DNA of 64,000 nucleotides from an uncultured candidate division Zixibacteria bacterium (GCA_963668625.2 CAXXKA010000006.1:160001-224000), one strand, 5' to 3'; positions 51,834-63,056 are shown, counted from the first letter of the stretch. Made by a program: numbers and translations. Notes: generated by a model not told the origin, from the letters alone.

Positions 51834-52762
51834 TGAAGAGAGTAGTAATTACAGGGGGAGCCGGTTTTATCGGTTCGCAGGTCGCGGATGCTTTGATTGC
51901 CGAGGGTAATCATGTCGAAATTATAGATAATCTATTTACCGGCAGGTTGGAAAACGTTCCTGATAAAGCTGTTTTTCACGAGGTAGATATTCGCGACAGC
52001 AAGGTCGACCATATTTTCCGTGAAGGGAAATTCGATGTCATGTACCATCTGGCGGCTCAGATGGATGTGCGCAAAAGCGTCGCTGATCCCGCGTTCGATG
52101 CCGATGCCAATATACTTGGAGGTATAAACCTTTTGCAGGCATGCCGAAAACATAAAGTAGCGAAGGTGATATTTTCCTCCACCGGCGGCGCAATCTATGG
52201 CGAGCAGGAAAGCTTCCCCGCCGATGAGAGCCACTCCCAGAATCCGAAATCACCTTATGGAATATCCAAGCTTGCGTTCGAAAAGTACCTTCAGTTTTAT
52301 CATTGGGAGCACGGATTGAATTATATAGCCCTTCGATATGCCAACGTATACGGGCCCCGTCAGCGCGGGGATGGTGAAGCTGGCGTTGTCGCGATATTTT
52401 TCAATAAATTATTGCGAGGCGAAAAGGCCGTAATATACGGTGACGGCAAACAGACTCGAGATTTCGTCTTCGTCGGAGATGTCGTTCAGGCGAACGTGCT
52501 GGCTTTGAGCTACGAAAAATGTGGAGCGTTCAATGTCGGTACCGGCGTGGAGACCGATATTAACGAGTTGTTCGATGCGATTAAAGATACGGTCGGTTCC
52601 TTGCAGGAGCAGATACACGAGCCCGCGTTACCGGGCGAGCAGCGACGCAGCGTCATCGATAATTCGCTTATCAAAAACACACTCGGCTGGAAACAAAACT
52701 ATACTCTTCGCGAGGGGCTGGCTAAAACCGGCGAGTATTTTCGCGAAAAAGTGAATGCCTGA
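51833..52762 (+). CDS. NAD-dependent epimerase/dehydratase (GalE-like)
   Basis: TGGAGFIG, YGISK, RYANVYGPRQ, TRDFV. Confidence 0.92.
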   Translation: MKRVVITGGAGFIGSQVADALIAEGNHVEIIDNLFTGRLENVPDKAVFHEVDIRDSKVDHIFREGKFDVMYHLAAQMDVRKSVADPAFDADANILGGINLLQACRKHKVAKVIFSSTGGAIYGEQESFPADESHSQNPKSPYGISKLAFEKYLQFYHWEHGLNYIALRYANVYGPRQRGDGEAGVVAIFFNKLLRGEKAVIYGDGKQTRDFVFVGDVVQANVLALSYEKCGAFNVGTGVETDINELFDAIKDTVGSLQEQIHEPALPGEQRRSVIDNSLIKNTLGWKQNYTLREGLAKTGEYFREKVNA

Positions 52763-53531
52763 CAGGATAATCATTAATAGCACCGGCTGTGGTAACTACT
52801 CGAATAAAACCGCCGGGTCATCGTTTTTCATACAGGTAAAAAACTCCCTATATCAATTCGAAGCCGATGAGGGAATTTCCAGCGTCATCAATAAGAGCAA
52901 GCTGGATATAAACTCGATACGGTCTATCTTTATCTCGCATCTTCACCCGGACCATATTGTCGGTTTGTTTGTAGAATTGCAATCTATGCACCTTGCCGAA
53001 CGTATTGAGGCGCTCGAACTATATGTGCCGGGAGAGGGTATCACCCAGCTGGAAAGTTTTCTCGATATGCTGTACCTTTTTAAAGAGAAAATGCAGTTCA
53101 AATTGGTTGTCAAGCCCATCGATGTGGGATTATTTTTTGATGACGATGATCTCTCGGTTACGGCGATCGGGAATAGTCATCTAAACAAAAATGCTCGGTT
53201 GATAGATGAAAACGACAGATCGAATAAATGTCAATCTTATAGTTTCAAAATAGAGTGCGGTGACAAACGCGTATACTATAGCGGCGATATAGCCTCGATT
53301 GATGAGCTTACCGGAAAACTTGATAATATCGATATCGTTATTTCCGAGTTGTCGCATGTCGAGCCGCTCGAGGTGATCGATTTATGCGTAGAAAGAGGAG
53401 TTGAAAAGCTAATCTTCATCCATTTCATGGAAGACATCACTTTCGACCCGGATACAGTCCTCGGCAATTCTCGAAAGCGCGATTCGATTGATATTCACCT
53501 GGCGCATGAGGGGATGGTAATATCTATTTGA
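52755..53531 (+). CDS. MBL-fold metallohydrolase (RNase Z-like)
   Basis: SHLHPDH, YSGD. Confidence 0.8.
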   Translation: MPDRIIINSTGCGNYSNKTAGSSFFIQVKNSLYQFEADEGISSVINKSKLDINSIRSIFISHLHPDHIVGLFVELQSMHLAERIEALELYVPGEGITQLESFLDMLYLFKEKMQFKLVVKPIDVGLFFDDDDLSVTAIGNSHLNKNARLIDENDRSNKCQSYSFKIECGDKRVYYSGDIASIDELTGKLDNIDIVISELSHVEPLEVIDLCVERGVEKLIFIHFMEDITFDPDTVLGNSRKRDSIDIHLAHEGMVISI

Positions 53532-53615
53532 TTTATGAATGGCGCTATGGGAACATTTTTAAGCTATCTGCTTTTCTTATACATGTTGTAATAAACGATG
53601 AAAGGATTTTGAAAA

Positions 53616-54038
53616 TTGCCTGAAATAAAAAAAGCCAGAGTGAAATGGGTCGAGAACATGAAATTCGTCGGAACCGGCCCCAGTGGTAAGTCATTGATTA
53701 TGGATGCCCCCGAAAAATCGGGTGGTGACGGCAGCGCGGTTACGCCGGGCGAGTTAATGCTGATTGGCCTGGGCGGCTGCACCGGCGTGGATGTCGTCAG
53801 TATGTTGAAGAAGATGCGCGTACCGTTAAGGGATTTACAGGTTGAGATCGAGGCCGAGCCCGTAGAGGAGCACCCTAAAATATACAAATGGGTGAAAGTG
53901 ATTTATCGATTTTTCGGGTGTGAAAACGAGGCAAAGGCCGCCAAAGCTGTGGGAATGTCTAAAGAGAAGTATTGCTCCGTTTCGGCTATTCTCGGTAAGT
54001 CCGCCGAGATGAGGCATGAAGTTATTTTCGAAAAATAA
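53616..54038 (+). CDS. OsmC/YhfA-family protein
   Basis: P.ELML.GLGGCT, KYCSV. Confidence 0.88.
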   Translation: MPEIKKARVKWVENMKFVGTGPSGKSLIMDAPEKSGGDGSAVTPGELMLIGLGGCTGVDVVSMLKKMRVPLRDLQVEIEAEPVEEHPKIYKWVKVIYRFFGCENEAKAAKAVGMSKEKYCSVSAILGKSAEMRHEVIFEK

Positions 54039-54132
54039 CGTTACGTCTCATAAGGTTAACTGTTTCTCCCAGATAATCCCTTGACTTGAGGGAACATAAC
54101 AATCATTATAATATTTTATATTTAATTGGCTT

Positions 54133-55872
54133 ATGCAGAAAACCGCGTCCGAAATAGTAAAATCCTACCTCTACGGTCACAAGCGCATGTGGGCATATGG
54201 CGTGATAACGGTGATCATTACGACCGTATTCACGATGGCCGCTCCGTGGATATTAAAGCAGGCCGTGGATGCCTTGACCGAGAAAGTCTCCGTAAGTCTC
54301 CTGGCCTGGTATGCCGCCGCGATTGTTGGCGTAACTATAGTGCAAGGCGTATTCAGGTTTTTGATGCGCCAGACCATGATAGTGACCTCGCGAAATATCG
54401 AGTACGAGATTCGCGGTGATTTATTCGAGCATATATTGACTCTGGACAGACCGTATTTCGATAAGACGCCCACCGGCGATATAATGGCTCGTATGACTAA
54501 CGACCTGCTGGCGGTGAGAGCCATGGTCGGGCCGGGTATCATGTATTTCGTGCAAACGATATTCACTTTCTCGATAGCTATCGTTTTAATGTGGCTAATC
54601 AATCTCAAGCTGACATTAATATCCCTGGCGCCGCTTCCTATTATAAGCGGGTTGACATATTTCGTAGGGAAAGAGGTGCATAAACGTTACGCTAAGATAC
54701 AGGAACAGTATTCGACTATAACCTCGGAAGTGCAAGAGAATCTGGCCGGCATCCGGGTGGTGAAAGCGTATGTCCAGGAGGAAAACGCCATTAAGCGATT
54801 CTCTGATATGAATAATAGTTACGTGAATAAAAACATGGGCATGATACGTGTCTGGGGATTGTTTTTCCCGGTTATTTTCGGTTTCTCCAGCCTGGCCATA
54901 GCGTTGGTGCTGTGGATCGGCGGCAGCCTCGTTATCGATGAAGTCATAACCATCGGCGACCTGGTAGCCTTTACCTCGTACCTGGTGCTCTTGATGTGGC
55001 CTATGGCGGCGCTTGGCTGGGTGATTGGCCTGTACCAGCGAGGCATGGCCTCCATGGAACGTATCGCGAATATATTCAACGCCTCCCCGTCCATTAAAAC
55101 CGATCCTGGTTCTATCGTTGCGGAAGAAATTAAAGGTAGGATCGAGTTCAAGAATTTAACTTTCGCTTATGATGATGATAAAATCGTATCTGATATTAAT
55201 CTGACAATCGATTCAGGCCAGACCGTGGCGATCGTAGGACATACCGGCAGTGGTAAATCCACGCTGGTCTCGTTAATCCCGCTTTTATACCCCCTACCGA
55301 GGAGCATGTTGCTAGTCGATGGTGTCGATGTAAATGATTACGAGTTGGAATCGCTTCGTTCTCAAATCGGTTACGTGGCCCAGGAATCGATACTGTTCTC
55401 GCAATCGATACAGAATAATATTGCATTCGGTCCCGGTGTGGTGGAAAAAAGCGTCAAAGAATCGGCGGCGATTGCCGGGATATCCGGCGATATCGAGAGC
55501 TTTCCGTTGGGATATGAGACCATGCTTGGCGAAAGAGGTATAACTTTATCGGGAGGGCAGAAACAAAGAACCGCGCTGGCGAGAGCGCTGGCGATTCAGC
55601 CTAAAATTCTTATTCTCGATGATGTCTTCTCTTCGGTCGATACCTCTACCGAGGAACAGATTCTCCAAAACATGCGTAAGGTATTTTCCGCCTGTACCAC
55701 CCTGATTATCTCACATCGCGTTTCCACCGTAAAAAATTCTGATTTGATTATTATACTCAAAGACGGACGAATAGCCGAACAGGGTAACCATCAAGAGTTG
55801 TTGAAACAAGGCGGCATATACGCCCAGCTTCACGAGCAACAATTACTCAAACAGGAGCTGGAGTCGCTATGA
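54133..55872 (+). CDS. ABC exporter half-transporter (MdlA/BmrC-like)
   Basis: TMD plus NBD; GHTGSGKS, LSGGQ, degenerate Walker B ILDD. Confidence 0.92.
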   Translation: MQKTASEIVKSYLYGHKRMWAYGVITVIITTVFTMAAPWILKQAVDALTEKVSVSLLAWYAAAIVGVTIVQGVFRFLMRQTMIVTSRNIEYEIRGDLFEHILTLDRPYFDKTPTGDIMARMTNDLLAVRAMVGPGIMYFVQTIFTFSIAIVLMWLINLKLTLISLAPLPIISGLTYFVGKEVHKRYAKIQEQYSTITSEVQENLAGIRVVKAYVQEENAIKRFSDMNNSYVNKNMGMIRVWGLFFPVIFGFSSLAIALVLWIGGSLVIDEVITIGDLVAFTSYLVLLMWPMAALGWVIGLYQRGMASMERIANIFNASPSIKTDPGSIVAEEIKGRIEFKNLTFAYDDDKIVSDINLTIDSGQTVAIVGHTGSGKSTLVSLIPLLYPLPRSMLLVDGVDVNDYELESLRSQIGYVAQESILFSQSIQNNIAFGPGVVEKSVKESAAIAGISGDIESFPLGYETMLGERGITLSGGQKQRTALARALAIQPKILILDDVFSSVDTSTEEQILQNMRKVFSACTTLIISHRVSTVKNSDLIIILKDGRIAEQGNHQELLKQGGIYAQLHEQQLLKQELESL

Positions 55873-56450
55873 GCTATGTTTTGTCCGAGGATCTGGCCGA
55901 CCTGGAGCGCAACCTGGGCCGGCCGCTGGAATTGTCCACGACGTTCAGTATGTCATCCGCCGAGATGGATATAGTGAGAGGTAGTCAACGAAACGGTCGC
56001 GCTCATGATATAACGATGTTCATTCACAAAGGCAAACAGTTGCTATTCAATGCCAAGCATTTTTATCCCAAAGAACTGCTACGCGCCCCCTCGGGAGGGT
56101 CGAATCCCGGCGAAACTATCGAGGCGGGGGCAAAGCGCGAGGCTTATGAGGAAACGGGCGCGGTGATAGAGCTCGAACGTTACCTGGCGCGAATCAATGT
56201 GAGATTTTATAGCAGGGATAACAGCGATGAGAATATCGATTGGACCTCTTATGTGCTCATGGCAAGATATATATCGGGTGAGATAGAGCCGATAGATACG
56301 CACGAGATCCGCGAGGCCAGGTTCGTCGATATCGATGAGATACCGACATTTAACAAGATAATGAAACGATCGGATAGAGGTGGCTTTCACTACCGCGCTT
56401 ATATATCCGAAAAAATAACGCCGTTAATAGTTAAGGACATCTCCGAATGA
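55869..56450 (+). CDS. NUDIX hydrolase
   Basis: GGSNPGETIEAGAKREAYEETG Nudix box. Confidence 0.88.
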   Translation: MSYVLSEDLADLERNLGRPLELSTTFSMSSAEMDIVRGSQRNGRAHDITMFIHKGKQLLFNAKHFYPKELLRAPSGGSNPGETIEAGAKREAYEETGAVIELERYLARINVRFYSRDNSDENIDWTSYVLMARYISGEIEPIDTHEIREARFVDIDEIPTFNKIMKRSDRGGFHYRAYISEKITPLIVKDISE

Positions 56451-58246
56451 GTCAGGATATTCACGAGGAAGAGGTATTAGGTAAGGCTTATGACAGCCGT
56501 TTGATGCGGAGGCTTCTATCGTATCTCAAGCCCTATAGATGGCTGGTGGCCGTTAGCGTTACCGTTCTTATCATCTCCTCACTGGCACAGCTCGCCGGGC
56601 CATATATCACTAAGATCGCTATCGACGAGTATATTGTCAAAGGCGATAAGGACGGGCTTTTCAAAATTATCCTGATCTTCCTCGGCACGATCGGTATCGG
56701 ATTCAGTCTTCAGTATTTTCAGGTTTACCTTATGGAGTATGTCGGGCAGCGTGCGATGTATGACCTTCGCATGCAAATATTCTCGCATGTGCAACGGATG
56801 GACCTGAAGTTTTTCGATAAGAACCCGGTTGGCCGTGTATTGACGCGTATCACATCCGACGTTGAAACTCTTCACGAGTTGTTTACCTCCGGCGTGGTTG
56901 CCATATTCGGAGATATATTCACTCTGGCGGGTATCGTTATAGTGATGCTATCGGTTAACTGGAAGATGGCGTTGGTTATATTTTCGGTATTGCCGATTTT
57001 GATCGTTGCTACGATGATATTTCGTAGAAAAGTAAGGCAGTCTTTTAGGGATGTCAGAACCTCGACCGCTAAAATCAATTCGTTTGCCCAGGAGCATATC
57101 TCGGGTATCACCGAGGTGCAAAGCTATATAGCCGAGGAACGAACGAGTTCGGGTTATAATATCATAAACGATGAGCTACGCGGGGCGCATGTCAGAACAG
57201 TGTTTTACTACGCCGTGTTCTATCCGGTTGTCGAGCTTGTCGGAGCCGTATCGCTGGCGTTGATTATCGCCTACGGCGGCGGGCTGGTACTCGAGGGAGC
57301 GTTTACTCTGGGTGCGCTGGTGGCGTTCATTCAATATGCAGACAGGTTTTTCAGACCTATACGCGATCTATCGGAGAAATACAATATTCTGCAATCGGCG
57401 ATGGCCTCCTCCGAGAGAATATTTAACCTGATCGACGGCGAAAGCAGCGTTATCAGTCCGGCTAAAGGCGTCAAATCGGGCAGGGCGGATGGCAAGATAG
57501 AATTCAAAGATTTCCATTTCGAATACGAGAAAGATAATCCCGTTCTCAAGGGGATAAACCTGAAAATCGAGCCGGGCGAAAAGATCGCTATCGTAGGAGC
57601 CACCGGTTCGGGTAAGTCTACCCTGGTATCATTGCTTTGCCGTTTCTACGAATACGAGCGGGGGGATATACTGGTAGATGATATCTCGTTGAAACGATAT
57701 AATGAACAGGAACTTCGTAAAAATATCGCCCTGGTGCTTCAGGATGTTTACCTGTTCTCCGGTGATATAGCTCGCAATATTCGTCTCGATGAAAAAGATA
57801 TTCCGATTGAACGAGTAAAACAGGCGGCCAGGGAAGTAGGCGCCGACAGATTTATCGAGCATTTAAAGGATGGCTACAATTACAAGCTTACCGAACGCGG
57901 CGCCAATCTGTCTGTCGGTCAACGGCAGTTAATCGCGTTCGCGCGCGCATTGGCGTTCGATCCGGCGATTCTGATACTCGATGAGGCGACATCATCTATA
58001 GATACCGAAACGGAGATACTCATACAGAAAGCATTGAAAAGGCTATTAGCCAATCGTACCTCGATAGTGATCGCCCACAGGCTTTCGACTATCAAAGGCG
58101 TCGATAAGATCGTCGTGATGCATAAAGGCGCTATCAGGGAGATGGGGACGCACGAGCAGTTACTGAAGCAGGAGGGTATCTATTACCGCCTCTACCAGTT
58201 ACAGTACAAGGATCAGGAGGTATTAGCAGAAAATGGGCAAGTATGA
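56447..58246 (+). CDS. ABC exporter half-transporter (MdlB/BmrD-like)
   Basis: TMD plus NBD; GATGSGKS, LSVGQ, ILDE. Confidence 0.92.
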   Translation: MSQDIHEEEVLGKAYDSRLMRRLLSYLKPYRWLVAVSVTVLIISSLAQLAGPYITKIAIDEYIVKGDKDGLFKIILIFLGTIGIGFSLQYFQVYLMEYVGQRAMYDLRMQIFSHVQRMDLKFFDKNPVGRVLTRITSDVETLHELFTSGVVAIFGDIFTLAGIVIVMLSVNWKMALVIFSVLPILIVATMIFRRKVRQSFRDVRTSTAKINSFAQEHISGITEVQSYIAEERTSSGYNIINDELRGAHVRTVFYYAVFYPVVELVGAVSLALIIAYGGGLVLEGAFTLGALVAFIQYADRFFRPIRDLSEKYNILQSAMASSERIFNLIDGESSVISPAKGVKSGRADGKIEFKDFHFEYEKDNPVLKGINLKIEPGEKIAIVGATGSGKSTLVSLLCRFYEYERGDILVDDISLKRYNEQELRKNIALVLQDVYLFSGDIARNIRLDEKDIPIERVKQAAREVGADRFIEHLKDGYNYKLTERGANLSVGQRQLIAFARALAFDPAILILDEATSSIDTETEILIQKALKRLLANRTSIVIAHRLSTIKGVDKIVVMHKGAIREMGTHEQLLKQEGIYYRLYQLQYKDQEVLAENGQV

Positions 58247-59032
58247 TAACAGGCTGGCGACCGCCATCGATGCAGCCAAGGCGGCTGGATCGTATCTATT
58301 AGAGATTTTAAACGATAAACGCGATATCAGTAAAAAGGGCGTAGTCGATATAGTAACCGACGCCGATAAAGGCGCGGAGAAAATCATCCACGAGATAATA
58401 AATATAGAATTTCCCCAGGATCAGTTTTTGCCGAGGAGGGCACCGAGGATAAGGGGATCAGCGGACTCACCTGGATTGTCGATCCCCTGGACGGCACCAC
58501 GAACTATGCCCATCGATTCCCGGTATTTTGCGTATCTATCGGGTTGGTCAAGGATGGCGAGCCGATTTTAGGCGTTATATACAATCCTAATATGGATGAG
58601 CTTTTCACCTCGTACAAAGGCGAGGGCGCATACTTGAATGGTCAGAAAATCAGCGTATCATCGAACGATAAATTGATTGAAAGCTTACTGGCAACCGGTT
58701 TCCCATATGATATCAGGGAATCGGAAAAGGATAACCTCGATAATTTCGCGCTGTTCTATAAACGGGGCGCGCAGGCTGTCAGGCGGGCCGGTTCGGCGGC
58801 GATTGATCTGGCATATACCGCCTGTGGTCGTTTCGATGGTTTCTGGGAGATGAAACTTCATGCCTGGGATATAGCGGCCGGGATACTCCTGGTTGAGGAA
58901 GCCGGTGGTACGGTAACCGATTTCAATGGTGATAGGGTAGACCTTTTCAAAGGAGAGGTGATCGCTTCCAACGGAGTGATTCATTCTCAGATGAAGCAGA
59001 TATTAGAGGATTCTAAAGCGGGCGTGAAATAA
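58233..59032 (+). CDS. suhB: Inositol monophosphatase family (probable missing G at ~58430)
   Basis: DIVTDAD; after the shift EE..WIVDPLDGTTNY; RRAGSAA, WDIAAG. Confidence 0.88.
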
Positions 59033-59066
59033 TGATCATCCTTATCTCTGGTTTCTCCCGCCTGTT

Positions 59067-59213
59067 GTGATTGTTGAAAAAGTCCAAATTAGGCAGTTGC
59101 GGTGTCAGGAATACTTTCCTGAAACCTGTTACATGCGGGATGTCGCCGGGAAAGGATGAACAACGGATTTCGTCCGCCCAGTGACTCATGGAATAGATAT
59201 TTTCAACAACCCC
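59067..59213. mobile_element. Possible degenerate MITE (~147 bp)
   Basis: Imperfect inverted ends GATTGTTGAAAAAGTC ... GATATTTTCAACAACC. Confidence 0.45.
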
Positions 59214-59314
59214 GCCGTTTAGTGATGTGCTTTCCTTTTAGTAGACAGCGTTTCTACGACGCGTTAGCAAGTTCCTACGCAGCGCTCCAGAGCCAGAGGT
59301 ATGAGTAACCGGGC

Positions 59315-60025
59315 TTATTTAACACCAACGATCTCCATCTCCGGCGCGCAGGCGAAACCATTGGCTTTGATATAATCGATGATATAACGCGCCTCTTTTT
59401 CCAACTCAAGATATTCCGGTAGATGTTTTATTTTCTGCAGGCGTTCCTCTGTTTCTTTTATTTCCCTTTCCACTTTTCCATCTTTTTCGGGATCACATTT
59501 GGTGCATAGGTACTCATCCAACTCGTATTTGGAAAGTTTTAAGCCCTCGATTAGCTCTATGATCTCATCACGTTTCAATGATGGATAATGCGATTTGCCC
59601 TCCAGTCTATCGATTTTGGAGTGCCAGTGATGCATCAGCATATCCGAGGTCTGTTTCTCGTTCAGGTTATCGCCGTACATCTCGCGTATTACCAGAAGCC
59701 CGCCTGGTTTTAGCACGCGTTTTAGCTCAAACATACATTTCTTCGGATCATCCAGATGATGAATGCCCACGTTCATAGCAACTATATCGAAACAATTATC
59801 TCTAAATGCCAGTTGATGAGCATCCGTAACAATGAAATCTCTATCACTTTCCTGAAATATTTTATTGTCTTTCGTATAACCTTTTGTATAACGATCAGCT
59901 CCCACAATATATTTATAGCTTTTAATATTTTTAGTGATAGTGTTAATGAAATCCCCCGAATAAGTCGCGACATCGAGGATATAGCCGAAGTCCTTCCCCT
60001 CTAGATATTTATCAAACAAGCTCAT
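59315..60025 (-). CDS. Class I SAM-dependent methyltransferase (AT-rich)
   Basis: ILDVAT..G, FDIV, IHHL, RVLKPGG. Confidence 0.85.
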   Translation of the reverse strand: MSLFDKYLEGKDFGYILDVATYSGDFINTITKNIKSYKYIVGADRYTKGYTKDNKIFQESDRDFIVTDAHQLAFRDNCFDIVAMNVGIHHLDDPKKCMFELKRVLKPGGLLVIREMYGDNLNEKQTSDMLMHHWHSKIDRLEGKSHYPSLKRDEIIELIEGLKLSKYELDEYLCTKCDPEKDGKVEREIKETEERLQKIKHLPEYLELEKEARYIIDYIKANGFACAPEMEIVGVK

Positions 60026-60228
60026 ATTGTCTCCCGGTGAATAATAAGTATTGGCAATATGATATCATAATAGTTTGCCAGATGGAAGATAAATTTGAAA
60101 ACATCTAATTTCTTGATCTTTTAGGCGCGTTTTATTATCCTGTAAGTCTATGCGAGAGCGTTTGACATCATTATGAACCATACGAAAATGTGTAAAATCT
60201 AATAAATCGATTAACTCAAGGAGAGGAT

Positions 60229-61083
60229 ATGGAAGTCAAAAAGTTAGGTATCTGCGGATTTGGCCAGATGGGTTCGGGCATCGCCGAGGTCGCGGCCAAG
60301 GCTGGCGTAGAGGTCGTAGCTCGGGAGATCAACACTGATCTTCTGGATAATGGACTCGGCCGGGTACAGAAATCATTAGGCCGTGCGGTGAAAAAAGGCA
60401 AGCTGGAGCAGGCCGCCGCCGATGAGATATTCGGCAGGATTAAAGGCACGACGGCTCTCGAGGATCTGGCCGAATGCGACCTGGTTGTCGAGGCTATAAT
60501 CGAAAATATCGATGAGAAACTGGCTGTCTGGAAAACGCTCGATAGTATTATCAAAAAAGATGCCATCTTCGCCTCCAACACCTCCTCGCTGTCTATCACC
60601 GAGATGGGTGCGGCTACCGGCCGTCCCGAGCAGTTTTGTGGGCTGCACTTTTTTAATCCGGTCCCGGTAATGAAATTAGTCGAGGTGGTCAGGACTATCG
60701 CCACCAGTGATGCTGCTTTCGAAACCGCTAAAGCTTTCGGCGAGAAAGTCGGCAAGGTCGTTGTCACATGTAAAGATTCACCGGGATTCGTGGTCAACCG
60801 CCTGTTGGTACCGTACTTGTTCGATGCTATCCGGGCGTTCCAGGACGGCGTTGCCACCAAAGAGGATATCGATAACGGTATGAAGCTGGGCTGTGGCCAT
60901 CCCATGGGGCCGCTCGAGCTTAATGACTATATCGGTCTGGACACGATGTATTATATCGGCGAGATATTTTTCGATGAGTTCAAGGATGATCACTACGCGC
61001 CCCCGCCACTTCTGAAACAGATGGTTAAAGCCGGTTATCTCGGTCGTAAATCAGGACGCGGTTTCTACGACTACTCGAAGTAA
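60229..61083 (+). CDS. hbd: 3-hydroxybutyryl-CoA dehydrogenase
   Basis: GFGQMGSGIA, EAIIE, ASNTSS, HFFNP, GFVVNR, HPMGP. Confidence 0.93.
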   Translation: MEVKKLGICGFGQMGSGIAEVAAKAGVEVVAREINTDLLDNGLGRVQKSLGRAVKKGKLEQAAADEIFGRIKGTTALEDLAECDLVVEAIIENIDEKLAVWKTLDSIIKKDAIFASNTSSLSITEMGAATGRPEQFCGLHFFNPVPVMKLVEVVRTIATSDAAFETAKAFGEKVGKVVVTCKDSPGFVVNRLLVPYLFDAIRAFQDGVATKEDIDNGMKLGCGHPMGPLELNDYIGLDTMYYIGEIFFDEFKDDHYAPPPLLKQMVKAGYLGRKSGRGFYDYSK

Positions 61084-61095
61084 GGGAGAGATACG

Positions 61096-61878
61096 ATGGA
61101 TTATAAGAATATCAAATTCGAGATAGATGCCCCGGTGGCGATTGTCACTATCAACCGTCCCGAGGTGCTAAACGCGCTTAACGCCGATACTATCACCGAG
61201 CTGGAGCATTGTTTCGATGCTTTAGCTGAGGCGAAGCAGGTGAAATGTGTCATCCTGACAGGCGCTGGCGAGAAATCGTTCGTGGCCGGCGCGGATATCA
61301 ACGAGCTTAACACCGATACGGTTATCACCGGTAAAAACCGCTGCCTTCGCGGGCAGATGGTATTCTCGAAAATCGAGAACCTGCCTAAGCCGGTTATCGC
61401 CGCGATTAACGGGTTCGCGCTCGGCGGCGGCTGTGAGCTATCGCTTGCCTGCGATATCAGGCTGGCCTCGGAGAACGCCAAGATGGGGCAGCCCGAGGTG
61501 AACCTGGGGATCATCCCCGGTTACGGTGGCACGCAGCGGTTGGCGCGTGTGGTCGGCCCGGGCATGGCCAAGAAGATGATTTTCTCCGGCGATTTCGTGC
61601 GCGCGGATGAGGCGCTTCGTATCGGCCTGGTCGAGGCAGTTTACCCTCTGGAGGAGCTTTTAAACGAGGCTAAGAAGCTGGCGCAGAAAATCTGCACTAA
61701 AGGCCCGTTGGCAGTTACCTACGCCAAGCAGGCTATCAACCTCGGGTTGGATACCGACCTGAAGAGCGGCCTGGCGTTCGAGGCGGAGGCATTCGGCGGC
61801 ATATGCGGCACGGATGACAAGAATGAAGGCACAGGAGCATTCCTGGAGAAGCGAGAAGCCAAGTTTGAGGGGAAATAA
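61096..61878 (+). CDS. crt: Short-chain enoyl-CoA hydratase (crotonase)
   Basis: FVAGADI, GGGCEL, QPEVNLGIIPGYGGTQR. Confidence 0.92.
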   Translation: MDYKNIKFEIDAPVAIVTINRPEVLNALNADTITELEHCFDALAEAKQVKCVILTGAGEKSFVAGADINELNTDTVITGKNRCLRGQMVFSKIENLPKPVIAAINGFALGGGCELSLACDIRLASENAKMGQPEVNLGIIPGYGGTQRLARVVGPGMAKKMIFSGDFVRADEALRIGLVEAVYPLEELLNEAKKLAQKICTKGPLAVTYAKQAINLGLDTDLKSGLAFEAEAFGGICGTDDKNEGTGAFLEKREAKFEGK

Positions 61879-61894
61879 AGAGTTTTGGTTTGGT

Positions 61895-61925
61895 GGGGCG
61901 TTCGGATAGAGCGCCCCTTTTATTT
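61895..61925 (+). terminator. Intrinsic terminator
   Basis: GGGGCGTTC-ggata-GAGCGCCCC followed by a T-run. Confidence 0.72.
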
Positions 61926-62258
61926 ACTTATTTTGCTGTATTAATTGTTCGCCATTCTCACTTCTTAAATTCATATCGCTTATAAACCTAGAACGTAGTC
62001 TGTTTCTGCTTCTGCCTGCGCTCGTATAAGCATCAGAACTTAATCTTCTGTGAGCATGAATAATGAATAGATAATCCTTAACCGAGTAGCCGCGTAGGTC
62101 AAAACCCCTGCGGTTTTGACGTTTTAAAAAAGATGCACTGATTTTTCCTTCATAGGACAACTTTTTCAGGGAGCCTGAAAATCCCAAAAACAATTTTCAC
62201 CATCTTAGCGTTATATACTATATTAGCCATACCAACACACGCCGATTAAGGAGAGACT

Positions 62259-63056
62259 ATGGATATACCAAAACCGATTCATTATTTCGTCGAGCTGCAC
62301 GGCACGCGCAAGGGCTGGCCGGATAATATGACCGAGGCCGAAGAGCAGGTGATGAACGAGCATTGCCTGTATCTTAAAGAACTCACTCTCAAAGGCAAGG
62401 TGCTGATGGCCGGGCCGGTGTCCGGCAAATTCGGCATGATCGTGCTATCGGTATACAGCAAAGATGAGGCCCGTACGATCATGCAGGCCGAGCCCTCGGT
62501 TAAAGCCGGAGTGCATACCTACACCATGACCGAGATGACAACCTCGCTTGTAGCTAACTGCACGCCAACTTTTCGTTATGCTGAAAATGTCACGGATAAA
62601 GCGATTCGCAAAGAGGTGATAGTAAGCGGTACGCTTCCTGAGGTATGGCATGCCTGGACCACCACCGAGGGCGTGAGCACGTTTTTCTCGCCGACCGCAA
62701 AGGTGGAGCTTAGACAGGGCGGGCCGTTCGAGATATATTTCCTGAACGATAATCCCTACGGCATGAGAGGCTCGGAGGATTGCAAGATACTGTCATATCT
62801 GCCTGAGAGGATGCTCTGTATCGAATGGAACGGGCCGCCGCAGTTCGGGAAGCTTCGCTACAAGAAAACGCAGGTGAATATCTTTTTCACCGAAATCGAT
62901 CCGGGTAAGGTGAAAGTCGAGTTCATCCAACATGGCTGGGGTAATGGTGAGAACTGGGATAAGCTGTATGATTATTTCGATAAGGCCTGGGAATATGTGC
63001 TGGGCAACCTGGTCAAGCGTTTCGAGAGCGGGCCACTTAATTGGGATGCGGAATAA
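62259..63056 (+). CDS. YciI-like plus SRPBCC (AHSA1-like) fusion protein
   Basis: N-terminal EH..YLK.L...G....AGP; C-terminal VW.AWTT.EG, GGPFE, W..VL..L. Confidence 0.8.
   Translation: MDIPKPIHYFVELHGTRKGWPDNMTEAEEQVMNEHCLYLKELTLKGKVLMAGPVSGKFGMIVLSVYSKDEARTIMQAEPSVKAGVHTYTMTEMTTSLVANCTPTFRYAENVTDKAIRKEVIVSGTLPEVWHAWTTTEGVSTFFSPTAKVELRQGGPFEIYFLNDNPYGMRGSEDCKILSYLPERMLCIEWNGPPQFGKLRYKKTQVNIFFTEIDPGKVKVEFIQHGWGNGENWDKLYDYFDKAWEYVLGNLVKRFESGPLNWDAE

Noticed and set aside
58425-58435. suhB split into two ORFs
   Set aside because: One missing G restores LAEEG...WIVDPLDGT; same error class as above
60216-60905. Long antisense ORFs (229 aa opposite hbd; also 17896-18504, 25272-25838, 31018-31560)
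   Set aside because: Shadows of well-supported genes on the other strand with no recognisable motifs
61924-62193. 89-aa minus-strand ORF and GTCAAAACC...GGTTTTGAC palindrome
   Set aside because: No coding support; the hairpin may be a REP but has no second copy in the window
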